64,000 nt of DNA from Octopus sinensis. Lineage: Eukaryota. This document shows positions 23,512 to 36,690 of this stretch, piece by piece (the first letter of the stretch is position 1; every line of letters starts with the position of its first letter). Position numbers and translations under genes: made by a program. The notes beneath the pieces are model-generated. The model was not told where the DNA came from, ran no database searches, and worked only from the letters and a program-made list of their open reading frames with translations. The stretch covers positions 31,434,001 through 31,498,000 of the forward strand of contig NC_043001.1 in assembly GCF_006345805.1 (NCBI RefSeq). The letters run 5' to 3'.

Positions 23512-24069
23512 TTTGATAAATCTGCAATTTCAAAAATATTTTTAATAAGATATAATATTTCATAGCAATGAGGTTATAAATGTAATCATAAACATTGGTA
23601 CAATAGAATACAGACAAAAAAAAAGGTAAAAAATAATTATTTGATGTTTATGCTCAATATATAGAAATTAATTAGCCAACCATTTTCATTTAATCATCAA
23701 TGCAATTTTTGTCTTCAGAAACAAAAATGTTTCTTTTTTTAAGCCATTCTTGTAATTTTCCCCATGTAAAGGCAATATGAAAGTTGTGAATTTGCAGAAT
23801 TGCTACAACATTAGACAAAAGGATACCTTGCAATATTTGTTCTGGCCCATTGAGTTCAAATCCTGCCAAAATCAATTTTGATTTTCATCCTTTCAGGAGT
23901 GATGAAATGAAGTAGCAATCCAATTGGCAACATTGTTCTAGCCCTTTGAATTCTTAGCAGTCAAGCAGGGGGTTTGGGCTAAACTTGACAATTTGTATAA
24001 AAGGAAAAGAAAACACAATATCCCATCCAATAATAGGAGGTTTTTTTCTTTTTAAATCAAAAAATATCA

Positions 24070-24960
24070 ACTAGATTATGACTGGAAGATAACAGTACTC
24101 AAAGTAGCCACTCTTAGTTTGCACCACAGCTTCAAGATGGCTCTGGAACCTGGCACATGAATTCCTCATTGCATCCCTGGGAAGATCTTCAAACATCTTG
24201 ATCTTGGTACCCAGCTTGGTGTGTGGGGTATGGTTATACCACGCACACAGCTCCACATAGCCATTTGAACTGAGCCTGGAGCCCTGGTCAAAGCTGAAGA
24301 TCTTCAAACATCTTGATCTTGGTACCCAGCTTGGTGTGTGGGGTATGGTTATACCACGCACACAGCTCCACATAGCCATTTGAACTGAGCCTGAACCCCT
24401 GGTCAAAGATGAAGATCTTCAAACATCTTGATCTTGGTACCCAGCTTGGTGTGTGGGGTATGGTTATACCACGCACACAGCTCCACATAGCCATTTGAAC
24501 TGAGCCTGAACCCCTGGTCAAAGATGAAGATCTTCAAACATCTTGATCTTGGTACCCAGCTTGGTGTGTGGGGTATGGTTATACCACGCACACAGCTCCA
24601 CATAGCCATTTGAACTGAGCCTGAACCCCTGGTCAAAGATGTGGGGATGAATTCTGGCATGTGGATGCAATCAGAACACACCTGCATGGTATGTCCCTTC
24701 CTGCTGGCCACGGCTTTGTAGACTCAGTTGCTGCAGTCCATGTCACATCTTACAGCCTTTACAGTATTCACAAAGCAGTGAGCAGCAGCCATTTCAATAC
24801 CTGGAGCAAATTATCATGATACAGATAACTATTTTTCCAATATTTAGACAGCTTCCAGTCCTCCATGTCAGCTAACTGTTCCTCAACTACAACTTTAATC
24901 TTTATGCTCTCCAAGATCATTAAATGTTCACCAATACTTCAAATTTGTTTCTGAAACAGC
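24070..24960 (-). mobile_element. Deleted Tc1/mariner transposon remnant
   Basis: Transposase-like peptides HIFDQGFRLSSNGYVEL and C-terminal FEDLPRDAMRNSCARFQSHLEAVVQTKSGYFE. Confidence 0.65.
24181..24640. repeat. Tandem repeat, 4 x 115 bp, near-identical
   Basis: Units beginning 'gaagatcttcaaacatc' at 24181, 24296, 24411 and 24526. Confidence 0.95.
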
Positions 24961-25744
24961 TGACAAATTAGTATCTTATATAAAAAAAACCCCACCAAAG
25001 TGAGGTGGTGCTCCAGCATGGCCGCAGTCAAATGACTGAAACAAATAAAAGGGAGACAATAAGATGTTATCTTTATATTCTACTAGGAAAATTCCATGAC
25101 AAGCATGTAGGACTTGTGAAGGAAGTCACCAGAAATCTTTGTCAACCTGAATGCACAAAAGGAACAGCAAATTCTCAATCTTAAACCTACTACAATGTTC
25201 AATTAAGCCCACAATAGAGTACTGTCCCTACACCCAAGACAGTGCTGTTGCTACACATACAGACATCATTGACTATATCTTGACAAGGGCCACTCAACTA
25301 ATTTGATTTTAATCATAATGGACACACTCCAGCCTCTGGCTCACAAGTGTGCTGTCTACTCTGTTCTACCACTATTACATTAGCCTCTGTTCCTTAGAAC
25401 TAGCAGGTCTCATACCTTCACTGATCATCTTTCTGTCTTTCAACATTCCTGATGTGTTCAACCCTTTCAGTCCTGTACTAACCATTTATGCCCAAAACAT
25501 CAACCCTCTGCAATCTTCACCTGCTCATGTCTAGCTTCTATAATGTGAAGTAAGGAGACTAGGGAGAATTTATCCAAATTAAAACATGCCAGATCAAATT
25601 CACTCCAGAACAATTTATTTTACATTGCCTTGCGTCACCTAGCTGTCAGGAATGGGTACTGTTCGAGGACATACACACGCTTGTGTGCATGGGTACTACG
25701 TAGATGATTTCAGTTCCTAAAAAATGTTTTTCAAATCAAGACTT

Positions 25745-25917
25745 AGGCGATCATTCGGTATAGATACCGTAAGTACCGGGTGTGGCTTTGTTTACATTTC
25801 TGAAGATAACAGAAACCCTTTTCTCCCACCCTTAACCCCCCATATATATATATTTAAAAAAAACACTTTCTTGAAATGTATCCGGAACTTGCGGTACCTA
25901 TACCGAAGTTACGCCCA
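25745..25917. repeat. Imperfect inverted repeat (~37-bp arms), MITE-like
   Basis: ggcgatcattcggtatagataccgtaagtaccggg versus reverse complement ggcgtaacttcggtataggtaccgcaagttccgga. Confidence 0.65.
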
Positions 25918-27274
25918 AGACTTATTTTCTAAAACAATTTTACTAGGCTTAGCAAGCACGACAGAATAAAAACGATTTAAAGTACAGCACAATTTGACCG
26001 ATTTCTTGGAGTTATATTTGTCAACATTTTTTATGCGAACCTGCCTTAGATCGACTCTGAACTCTAAACTTGCGTTTAAAGTGTTTCCATTTCAACCAAA
26101 ACACTCCATCATAATGAAAATAGATATTGTACAAAATCTTTTCAAATTTGATCAAAATACAGACTACTTCGCTGGAAATAGTTACGAAAGGCAGAGATGT
26201 CACACATTCCCGCTAGAAAAAATACACAGAAAAAAAATGTATTGTGTCCATATAAGAAACGAGATTATAAAGTGTAGTTTGTTGACAACTTGTAAATGCG
26301 ATATGGTCATGAAGAAGCTTAGAAAACGAAAGGAAAAACCAGAGTTCAAATCTTTTTTTTTTTATATTAAAGAAAAGATATCGAAGTTTTATGTCAAGTG
26401 ATCGTCCAAATTCCTCTTTTATCGTGATTTATATCTAGATATGTCACAGAGCAAAGACAGAAAACTTCCTTCTAATTTGATCTGGATAAAGCAGCTGTTT
26501 ATGAAAATAGTATCATAAGAAATGCGAAACTGGTGCGCGTGTGTCGACACGCATTCAAATTAAGTGAGCAATAAATAAACAGGCGGGCAGATATATTATG
26601 TGTGTAAATAGAGGTTTCCCCTGGTACAAGCAGAGCTTGTGATTTGAACCATTGTGGCGGGCAACGCTAGTGGTTTCGTCCTCCTACAGGAACAACCTAC
26701 GCCATTAGTATTCTGCGGGAAATCATGTATTTCACAACTTCACATCTATCTATTTTCCTTTATACCTAAAGCGTAAAAATTTGTGATTTCTAAAACCTGC
26801 AAAATCTAAAATATTTCAGATTTTTAATTTATCATTATTTTTACTGTCGGAGTATAAAGAAAATATAAATACCAAAGTAAGACAGAAGCAAGTCCAAAAT
26901 TAGTACAGCCTAGATATTTCGGTTAAGAAAGGATGTAAGTAAGGGAAGTGTTGTGTGATAACATGAGACAGGGAACAAGGTGTCTAAATTAGGGAATGAT
27001 GAATATAGGACGAATATCACATCGGGTGGGTGAATGTGAAGGTATGACAACTTGTGGAACATGGGATATCTGAAACGAAAAAGTTTCGTCGATGATTACA
27101 GAATTCAAGGCCTCTTTTAGTTAAAAAAAAACAAAACGTGTAGCTATTTTCGAAGAAAATCTATTCTGAAAAATAAAGCACGCACACAGATTATATATAA
27201 GCGACCCACACACCATATATATATATACATACATATATGTTAGAAGTATTGGGGGTGATGTACAGATTTAATAC

Positions 27275-27427
27275 ATATGAAAGAAAAAAGGTGTTCAGAA
27301 TGCTGGATGGTTGTAAAAATATATATTTATTTACATATCACATATTATTTCTTCATATTAGCGCTTGTAAGTAAATATATATATTTTACAACCATCTAGC
27401 ATTCTGAACACCTTTCTTCTTTCATAT
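27275..27427. repeat. Inverted repeat, ~61-bp arms with ~30-bp spacer
   Basis: atatgaaagaaaaaaggtgttcagaatgctggatggttgtaaaa... pairs with ...ttttacaaccatctagcattctgaacacctttcttctttcatat. Confidence 0.85.
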
Positions 27428-28103
27428 ATATATGGGAAAGGAAGAGAGATTGGTGTACTCTTGAGCTAGATAAACAAGAGAAAAGAGAAGAAATAAATTC
27501 CAAGATCAACAGAAGCAGGTTGTTGCGAAAAACCTGTCTACCAATATCACTAGTCTACTCTGTTGTTAGCATGATCGAGAGGGATAACACTAGTTTTAAA
27601 CCATTGTGGTGTCCGAGGCATATCGTACGGCTTGCTATTTTACCCAGGAGCTACCTATAAAGTAAATATATTGTGAGCTACAAGACTGGTTCAGATATTC
27701 TAGATGGAAGTCAAATGAAAGTAAAGATATGCAAGTAATGGCGTTAACTAGTGAAATACGTTATTCTAAGATCGCACGTAAAAGGAAATATTATAAAAGA
27801 TACGAGGCGCTGTTTCACGTCTACATCTCGAAATATAATGAAATGAGAAATAAAATGTAAAAGAACGCTTCTAAAATTGTATAACTACAGATGTATACAA
27901 AGAAAATTAGAGAAAATACATTGCGAATATGAACACCATATGAACAAAAGCTTCGACTATAAAGCTTCAGGATGAATACATAACAAATATATTTAGGACA
28001 GTGAATCGCAAGGATGATGTCGAAGATTCTGCTTATAAATAAAGAGTTAACGAAGTAGAATTTAAAGTGTGTACAGCATAATAATAGGAAGGTTGTGAAA
28101 AAT

Positions 28104-29600
28104 ACTCACAAAAGAAATTATGGTGCTTGTTGTCAGGAGACGATGTGATGATACAGGGAGATAACCCGGGACTTTTGACTTTAGCGCGAAATACTTAAAT
28201 GACAAGGTGGCGGTTTCTTAGAAAAATCTTAATTACTGATTTAGTCTTCCGTTTATTTACTGTGTGTGAGAGTTTATACTAAACGACAGTTGATTGGTTT
28301 GATATTATTAATTTAAGCAATTATATTTACATGTAATTTTGCTATTAGTCACGTTACATCTAAACTATTTGTTAGAAATTAAAGTCTGGGGAATGATGGG
28401 TAGCCAAGCGAATAGAAACTACTTAGGTTTGTAATTTGGCAAATTTGGACAACGAAGCGAAATAACTTAATTTTGTTGTATTAAAGAATGGTTATTTATT
28501 TTATATGTTAATTTCCAGTTTTGAAAAGTTTTTCGAAAATATACTTGTCTTCTTAAAATATGACTGGCATGTTGCACGTTTGATTCTTCCAACGATTTTT
28601 CGTTATCCAATAACGTATACGTTTTAAAATGTAATCTTAGAAAAAATACTTTTATTTCTGATTTGAGAATGCATAATATTGCAGTATCATTCACACAAAT
28701 GTTGAAATCCGATAAAGTTCTCTAGTTTTCTTACTGAAATGGCGGGAAATTCAATAAGAAAATATTGAGCTTGTAGCTTCATATATTTGTAGCTATGACT
28801 TAGTCCGTATTTAGCGGCACATAATGTGGATATTTCCAGAGAAAATAATGTTTTTAAATATATCAGACATACTTTACTAATGTCATAGACAATTTATTTT
28901 ATAAGTAAACCGATCAAATAAAAGGAAATCGTTCGATTTAACGAATACCGGAGAAAATGCTACAGTAAATGCCCGGGTCGAAATTAAGCTTTCGGTTCCG
29001 AAAGTTTTCCGATGATACATGCAAAAATTCGGGTGGTGCTGCACGTCAGTCATAAAGATGCAGAGTCGGGAAAATGGTAGAAACAATTCTTAACCACTCC
29101 GAAATGTGCGAACGGTATTACTTAAAATACACACACACACACCTGCCATATTTAAATCCTTTGACAATAACCACACTCTATTTAACACGTGGTATTTTTT
29201 CCGTAGCATATTAAACCTGTAGCATTTTTTCCGCTCATCGGTTTAACGCCATCACCTGATCCTTGGGCGCTTTTAGTAATGTCCTTACAGGTCAGGTCTT
29301 CGCGGATAAAACCACTAGCGTCAGTAACTTCGAGAAAGATCATGAACATCGATGTTTCTCTTCTAACAGAGCCATTAAAATAAATAGGTATAAACTTGAA
29401 AAAAAATTCTACTGATGGTCTATCATCTTCAAATACTAAATTCAAAAAGTTTACTAAGTGGAATATATTAATTTGCTGTGATGGACCCTTCCTTCCCCGG
29501 AGAGAGTTAACTTACAAATTCTCTAAAAAACAAAAAAAAAAAAAACAGATCTATCTGGAATGTTAAACTTTTCTTCCGCGCGGCAAAATAATTCATTCCA
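28104..29600 (-). promoter_or_regulatory. Putative HINFP promoter and non-coding first exon
   Basis: Minus-strand GTGAGT donor at 28104-28109. E2F-like sites TTTCGCGC (28184-28191) and TTTCCCGCC (28741-28749, with adjacent TTGAA). Staf/ZNF143-like TACCCATCATTCCCC (~28388-28402). Locally high CpG. The ATG exon has an acceptor 10 nt upstream, so a 5' UTR exon is expected. Confidence 0.45.
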
Positions 29601-31213
29601 CTTTGGTAATTTTTATTTAAGCATCTCATAAGGTTTAGAAACATAATGTGATCTGTTGTTGCTGTCGTTTTATACACACACAAAAGGAAGAACTTATAAT
29701 ACTACTGTGTTTATGTTAGACGTGGAAGAAATAGCTATATGCAAATTATCTACACAATTGATATATAGCTTAATTAGTGCCTTCATTCAATTCTTCGACT
29801 ATGAAATCTGTATTTTGGGAAGGGAAGTGTGGAAATATGTTTCTAGTTCCACACGGCATTTACCACATTCAAATAGCGAAATGCTAGCGTAGATGTCTGA
29901 AAATTTATCCAATAAAGCAGAGCTACTTACTTCACCGCCACCTCTATAAACCTGCCTGCCATACAGGTCTACGAGTGCACATGCAGTAACTTTCGGAACA
30001 ATGCCTTTCGCTTATTTTCTTACATTCGATGCTTAGATCCTAACTTCATCAAATCTAGAAGTTATGACAAAGTCATCTAAAGGAGACTGAGTTTGATTAT
30101 TTACCTATGTAACTTAAAATTACTGCATCAGATTAACTTTCTGTTAGGGAAGATTTATAACAACCATTAAAAACAGAATAATACATAATTTCAGTACAAG
30201 ATTCTTTTAATTAAAAAAAAAACCACAAGGGTTTTTTAATAATCTAAATGGCAAAACTTTGTATGATCCACATCAACAGTTGATTTCTATTTCACACTAG
30301 TATTCACTAAAATATATATCTAGCCAAACAATTTTTTTTGTAAATGTTTGCGCAAACCACTAATGATTCCGTACGTGGATGTGAAGATTCAAATATAATG
30401 AGAAGAGAAAATGGTAAGTAGGTAATTGACCGTTTAAGAACATAAGTGTTAGAAAAGGAAGCAGCCAGAAAATCGGTTTACCGTGGCCTTATAAGGCGTC
30501 CTCTTTAGTAGCACAGATAAATTTTAAAAACTAAGTTCAGGGAATGATGGAGCCCTTAGAAAATGTTAGACCCAATATGATGTATGTGTGTGTGTGTAAA
30601 GGGGGAGGTTACTTTGCCAATGGCAGTTATATAGGTCTCAGAACCCCTTCTGACTTCAGTAATCTACTCTAAGAATGTTGCACAACTACGCGTAGAATCA
30701 TTAAAGAGTCAGACAAAATGCCTTGCGATGTTTTCCTTTGGGTCTTCACTTTCTGAGTTCAAATCTTGCAGGGCTCAACTTCGTCTTGCACCCTTTCGGG
30801 GGTCAATAAAATAGAATACTAATCAAGTACTGAGGTTAGTGGTGTAGACTCCCTCCCCTCAAAATTATAACAACTACTACTACTACTACTACATGGGTTA
30901 TTCCAATGTTAGAACGTTATTAGGAAAGTAGTATCGGAATAATTGCTAGCAGAATCGTTAGCACACCGAACAAATGCTTAGCGGTATTTCAACCGTTTTG
31001 AGTTCAAATTCTGCCGGAGTCGACTTTGCCTTTCATCCTTTTGGGGTCGATAAAATAAGTGCTAGTTGAGTAGTGGAGTCGATGTGATCGACTATCCCAC
31101 TTCCCACAAATTTCGGGCCTTGTGCTTGTAGTAGATTTTTGAGCTTGTACCATATTCATAGCAAAAGAAATTCTGTTCTTAGATTCGGATAGAATATACT
31201 AAAGACATTGTGA

Positions 31214-31545
31214 ATGAGTAATAATAATAATGAAATTATTGTATACAGTGCTCAGGTGCATCACAACTTGTCAAAAAGTGCGTATAAAGTATATGCAGTA
31301 ATGTACAAATGTCTGGAAAGCGAACAGTGTATGGGTCAGATACATGCTTGCGTGTGTATGGAGGGGAGAAAATCAGGTGTAGTGTTGGTGAATCTCAGAA
31401 AGCATGGAAGTTTTGAAGGATGTGGTGCTCCAATAACTAACGACTGATGCCGGCAGTTTGTTCCATGCTTCAGCAACTCTCAGCGTGAAAAAATGTTTCC
31501 GAAAGTCATGGGAGCTGTGCTGTTTTCTGACTTTGTAAATATCTC
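31214..31545 (-). mobile_element. 3' fragment of a second CR1-like LINE
   Basis: KVRKQHSSHDFRKHFFTLRVAEAWNKLPASVV C-terminal motif and short (TTA)n tail. Confidence 0.7.
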
Positions 31546-32657
31546 CATGGCATGAACCGTCGCAACTAAACAAAAATATTTTCTAAACTCTCGTGATCGA
31601 CTAATATTTTGGCAGTAAATTCGAGTTGGTTTTATCTAACCTAGCATGAAACGCTTTGGCACAGTCGTTTTGACGCCGCTGATACGACGTTGACTTATTT
31701 GACATCGGGCGTTTTAACGTTTCCATCTTTCTCCTTTCCCCTTTCTCTCTCCTTATTTATGTGTGTCAGTATATTTCTCTGTATGTGTATGAGATGGCGC
31801 GTGGCCGATGGCAAGGGTATTCAGTTAACGGTCGTAAGGTCGTGAGTTCGACTCCCGGCGGCGAGTGGTATCCTTGAGCAAGATGGTTTATTTCACGTTG
31901 CTCCAGTCCACTCAGCTGGCAAAAATGAGTTGTACCTGTAATTCAAAGGGACCGGCCTTCTCACATTTTGTGTCCCACTGAATCTCCATGAAAACTACGT
32001 TAAGGTTACCCGTGTCTGTAGAGTGGTCAGTCACTTGATCAACTGGAACACTCATCGTCGTAACCGACAGAGTGCCAGTTAATGCGTATGAGAAGATGTT
32101 CAGTGTTTATGTCAATCATGTTCTATTAATAAACTGTAATTTTTTTCTCTCTCCTTTTATTTGTCTGTCTGTCTATCTATCTATCTAGGCTTTTCTATCT
32201 ACAGACAAACCTAATCTGTTTTTCCCTTTTTACATTGACATTTCTGTGATACACGATCTCTTTTGATTGGCCCCACTTCTTTTTCTTTTTCTTTTCACGA
32301 TCCCTTTTGATCGGAATTCGACCTTTTTTTTCTTCTCTTCTTCCCAAAAAGAAAAGCTCTACTTTGTATTTTGTCCCTTCTGTGTTCAGCCCTGCGTGGC
32401 TAATAAAAAAATATATTCCTCTATCTGTCTGTCTGTCTATCTGAATGTGTATAATTCAGTGCGTTTCCCTCCAATGCTAAAAATAAATGTCACCTAAATA
32501 GGTTCACTGTCCAGTCAGCCAATGGCCAAACCGCCGCACCCAACCATCACGCTTCGCATTTACACGTACACTTCAAATGTTGTGAACCGTCGTCGAACAA
32601 GTGATCTAATGCCGGTGTAGAACGTTTGTGTTGGTGCTTTACGACGTTTCTGGATCT

Positions 32658-33053
32658 TACTCTTTTACTTGTTTCAGTCATTTGACTGTGGCCATGCTGG
32701 AGCACCGCCTTTAGTCGAGCAAATCGACCCCAGGACTTATTCTTTGTCAGCCTAGTACTTACTCTATCGGTGTCTTTTGCCGAACCGTTAAGTTACGGGG
32801 ACGTAAACGCACCAGCATTGGTTGTCAAGCGATGTTGGGGGGACAAACATAGATACACAAACACACACATATATATATATACACAAACACACACATATAC
32901 ACATATATACGACGGGCTTCTTTCAGTTTCTGTCTACCAAATCCACTCACAAGGCTTTGGTCGGCCCGACCTATAGTAGAAGGCACTTGCCCAAGGTTCC
33001 ACGCAGTGGGACTGAACCCGGAACCATGTGGTTCATAAGCAAGCTACTTACCG
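32658..33053 (-). mobile_element. SINE family A
   Basis: Reverse-complement, CpG-retaining copy. Confidence 0.9.
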
Positions 33054-33533
33054 ACTTTTGAGAAAAGAAGTGGCTGAGTTTGAGTTAGAGACAAATCTCT
33101 AATTCTAACTCTAACAAAGTCGTACAACTTGCACGCACTCTGTTCGTCTTTTATCTGGTTACACCTTTGCAAATATATATTGAGTATTCAAACTAACAAA
33201 TGTTATTCGTTTCTTGCTCATTTAAAACAGTTTATCAGGTGATGGAGACAATCAAGTAGATTTTTAATCTTAACTTTCTGGGTCGGGAAAGAAAGCGCAA
33301 TGCCAATGAATTTCGCAGTTTCAGCGAGCTTTATGTTCCGTTACAAGTTAACACGTTCAGGTAAGGTATGAATGAACAAGGAGGGAATAACAGAGAATCG
33401 ACTTTCTGGAAAGGAAACACTTATGTAGGATCTGAGCGTGGAGCGTTGGACACAACTCGAGTGGTGAGAGGAAGAGAGATGAGTGGGACCAGCCAGCTCC
33501 AAGAAGCAGATGCCATTATGTTGTTACGGTAGG

Positions 33534-33539
<6 letters not shown>

Positions 33540-33623
<84 letters not shown>
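33540..33623. repeat. (AG)n microsatellite, ~41 units
   Basis: Pure dinucleotide run. Confidence 0.98.
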
Positions 33624-33625
<2 letters not shown>

Positions 33626-36198
33626 GAAATATCACCTGGTTTATAAACCCTGTTTTATTTATCCTCCTTCAAAATCAGTCGGCAGTTGTTTTCTGATAAA
33701 AAGTTCTGCCTGAAACCTCAGAGTTGTCTTCATGAAATAAAGCTGTTTCCATTGTTTGAATTGACTTCAGAACCTTATCGCAGAGAACTCGACGCTAAGA
33801 TCTATGTTAAAGATGAAAGAAGTTCCATATCAACTAGAATTTGTAGTCTATAGTGCAGTAACTAAATACCGCTGACATTTTGTCTGCTATTCTAACGATT
33901 CCATCAATTCAGCACGTTAACTGTTTGAAGATAGATTAATATATTTGTTATAATATTCTTTTCACAGTATTTTCGGAATCTTTTTTTTTTTAAGCTTTGA
34001 CTTTAAATGCATCTCTTGTATGAAATATTGTCATTTATTGCAAAAACGATGTTTAAGCTACCACTTCTCCTTTTACGGGTTACGAGGGTTTGTTCCAGAT
34101 TCAACAGCAAATGAAATATTATTTGCGTTCCAACCGGATGAAATGTGTATCTACCATACTTAGTTGTATGGTTAAGATCGTTCTACGATCGAATTGTTCC
34201 TAGATCGATCTCATTGCATGGTCACTTTGGACAAATTTCCTCCCATTGCCTCAAGTAGACGGAAAATTTGCGGGAGCCTTTTGTGTGGATTGTATCTGCT
34301 CATTATCCGACATCCAGTATAACATCACCACCTTGATCATTTTACAGGGCTTGCCCTATTTCACGCATTCGGACGAGGTCTCTAGCAAACGTAAGAGTAG
34401 TGCCTCCGCCATCCAAATACCAAAAGATTTCCCAAAAGGTCATGAGACGCTGATCTTCCTCCAATGATTAAACCACTTGTCGTCTGCTCTCTCGATAACC
34501 TAAGATAAACAGAACTAAGAGTTCTGCCTCCGACAACCACAGCTATATATCTGCAACGTTAGTGAACTTACAATCCGGGAGTTGAGTCTAATGATTTATC
34601 CAGTCTGTCTTTTTCTCCTGTACATGTCGGAATAAACTAATATTGAATATAGGTAACATGGTCAAATTTGGATGCATTTGTACGACTTTGAACTCCGGTA
34701 CAAAATGGAAGAGTCGTAATCAAGTTAGTTTAAATAATCTTAGTCGACAACACGTGTAAACAATGCCAGAACTTTCGAGTTCCAATATTTAGTGCTTTAT
34801 GTTTATGAAATTTACAATAAGATGGAAATTAAGACAACTCAATTAATTTTAGTGGTCATCACGTGTAAACAAAGCTAGAATCCTCGAATTCTTAGATGCA
34901 TATATCAATTGTATTAAGTGTCGGCTGTTGTTTCCATTCTAGGTTGCTACGTTACCTATGTTCTGTACTGGAAGTGAAGGTCCGGTGAATACTTCCAAAT
35001 TCAGCTAGGTTACTCAAAATACAAAATCTTAGAAGTCATGTGTTGGTCACAACCTGAATGTCAATGGATGAATGTTTTTTTTTCATCATACAGAAGGATA
35101 CAAACTCCACCAGAGAACGACCAAAGGCACGAATCTGCAAGCTATGGCCATAAAACTTTCACTAAAAAAGTCTACAAAGTATAAACAAAGACACACTCAA
35201 AGAACACCATTTACAAATATTTAAGAATACATGACACTAAGGAAACAATAACATAGACGACTCAAAATACGGTTGTTATACCTCTTTGCAACACCATAGA
35301 TCAGCACCGAATAAATTTATACAAACATACATCAACCATTTGCATCATAACCTTCAAAAGGTTAAAAAAAAACCCTTCCTTTATAGGACAAATATTTTCT
35401 TATTACATACGACATTCACGTAACAATTCCAGAATTAGTTTTACTTTCTCTGCATAGAACACCCAATATTCTCTATTTCATTCAAATTATAATAGACAGT
35501 TCCTTTTACTGCAAAGGTAGTCGGTTTAGTATACGTGTATATGAATCTTGCATTCATTACATTGATATCACAACTGACACCATCAACTTAACAGGAGACG
35601 ACACTATAGAAATGTAAAGTTTCTAAATAGAAACCACCACCAATCTCACTAACCGTCTCACCATGTCATTTGCCATGCATGGACAACCATGGACAAAAAT
35701 AAAGTGTCTTGCTAAAAGACAACGCGCCACCGGGAATCGAAATCACGACTTTACGATCGTGAGCGGAATACTGTAACCACTAAGCCACGCGCATTCACAG
35801 AAGAACAAGAACACCATTTTGACTGAACCTGCTTTGTCCACCAACAGTTTCTAAAGGTTTGCACAAATAACCTGGACAGTAAGGAAGTTCAGCATGTCCC
35901 GAGTGTCTCGCTGTACCCCATTCGTTTCATTGCCGCATGTCGGTGTGTGCATTATGGTCTTCAACTAGGCTTTGATATAGCAGAACAGCAAAGATGGATT
36001 CGCGGGTCGCACCTCTTCGTTCGACTGAATTCATGCAAGCCATAAGACTACTCGAGTAGAGCTAACGTTTGAACTACATGGAGTCAACAACTGGGAACCT
36101 CTTCGCCGCCATGTTACAAAATTACACCCTACCGTTTTAGAGAAGGCACACTGAAAATGTAATCCTAGATATAGTTTGAAAGACGGGATGTGAAATTA

Positions 36199-36690
36199 TT
36201 TCCCACGAGAGTTCCGGACCCCAGTAATGAACTCTTTTGCATACAGCCAATCAGAGCTCACCTTGACCGTGTCAAGTTAACAAACATACTCTACCAAGTA
36301 AACTCAAGACGAAGAACGGTGTTGTAAGCCGACCGATCATCAAGTTATGCCTGATATTAGGTGACAAGTAATTAGATAGATTTGCATCTATACCTATTAT
36401 CGGATTTTGTTAGGGCCCCATATGGGGAAAATGTGGGTAGAAGGTGATGTGCTAGTAACTCTCTCTCCTTACTGCTTTACAAAGTAAACAACAACACACG
36501 CAGAGGCAGCAATGGTTGAAACAAGAACAACAAACATTCTAAAAAGAGAAAAGGAGCATGGTCATTCCTTATCCAAGTGACCTTACCTTATTGCCCATAC
36601 TTATGTGATCATAAATTAGGTTGATAGTTGAGCTCTGATTGATTGTATGCAAAAGAGTTCATAACTGGGGCCCGGAACTCTCGTGAGAAA
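36199..36690. mobile_element. MITE-like element with ~62-bp terminal inverted repeats
   Basis: 36199-36260 is the near-perfect reverse complement of 36629-36690. Confidence 0.7.

Noticed and set aside
24071-24711. Three overlapping ORFs with repeated peptides
   Set aside because: Frame rotation through a 115-bp tandem repeat of transposase debris; not a gene.
30411-30419. Plus-strand ATG|GTAAGT as the first exon of a divergent gene
   Set aside because: I found no convincing downstream plus-strand coding exons in 30.5-49 kb; it may be chance.
31796-31865. tRNA-like sequence (also the heads at 13031, 18729, 38608, 60604)
   Set aside because: No complete cloverleaf or acceptor stem, and each continues into SINE body sequence, so these are SINE heads.
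33483-33713. ORF with a poly-RE tract
   Set aside because: It is an (AG)n microsatellite.
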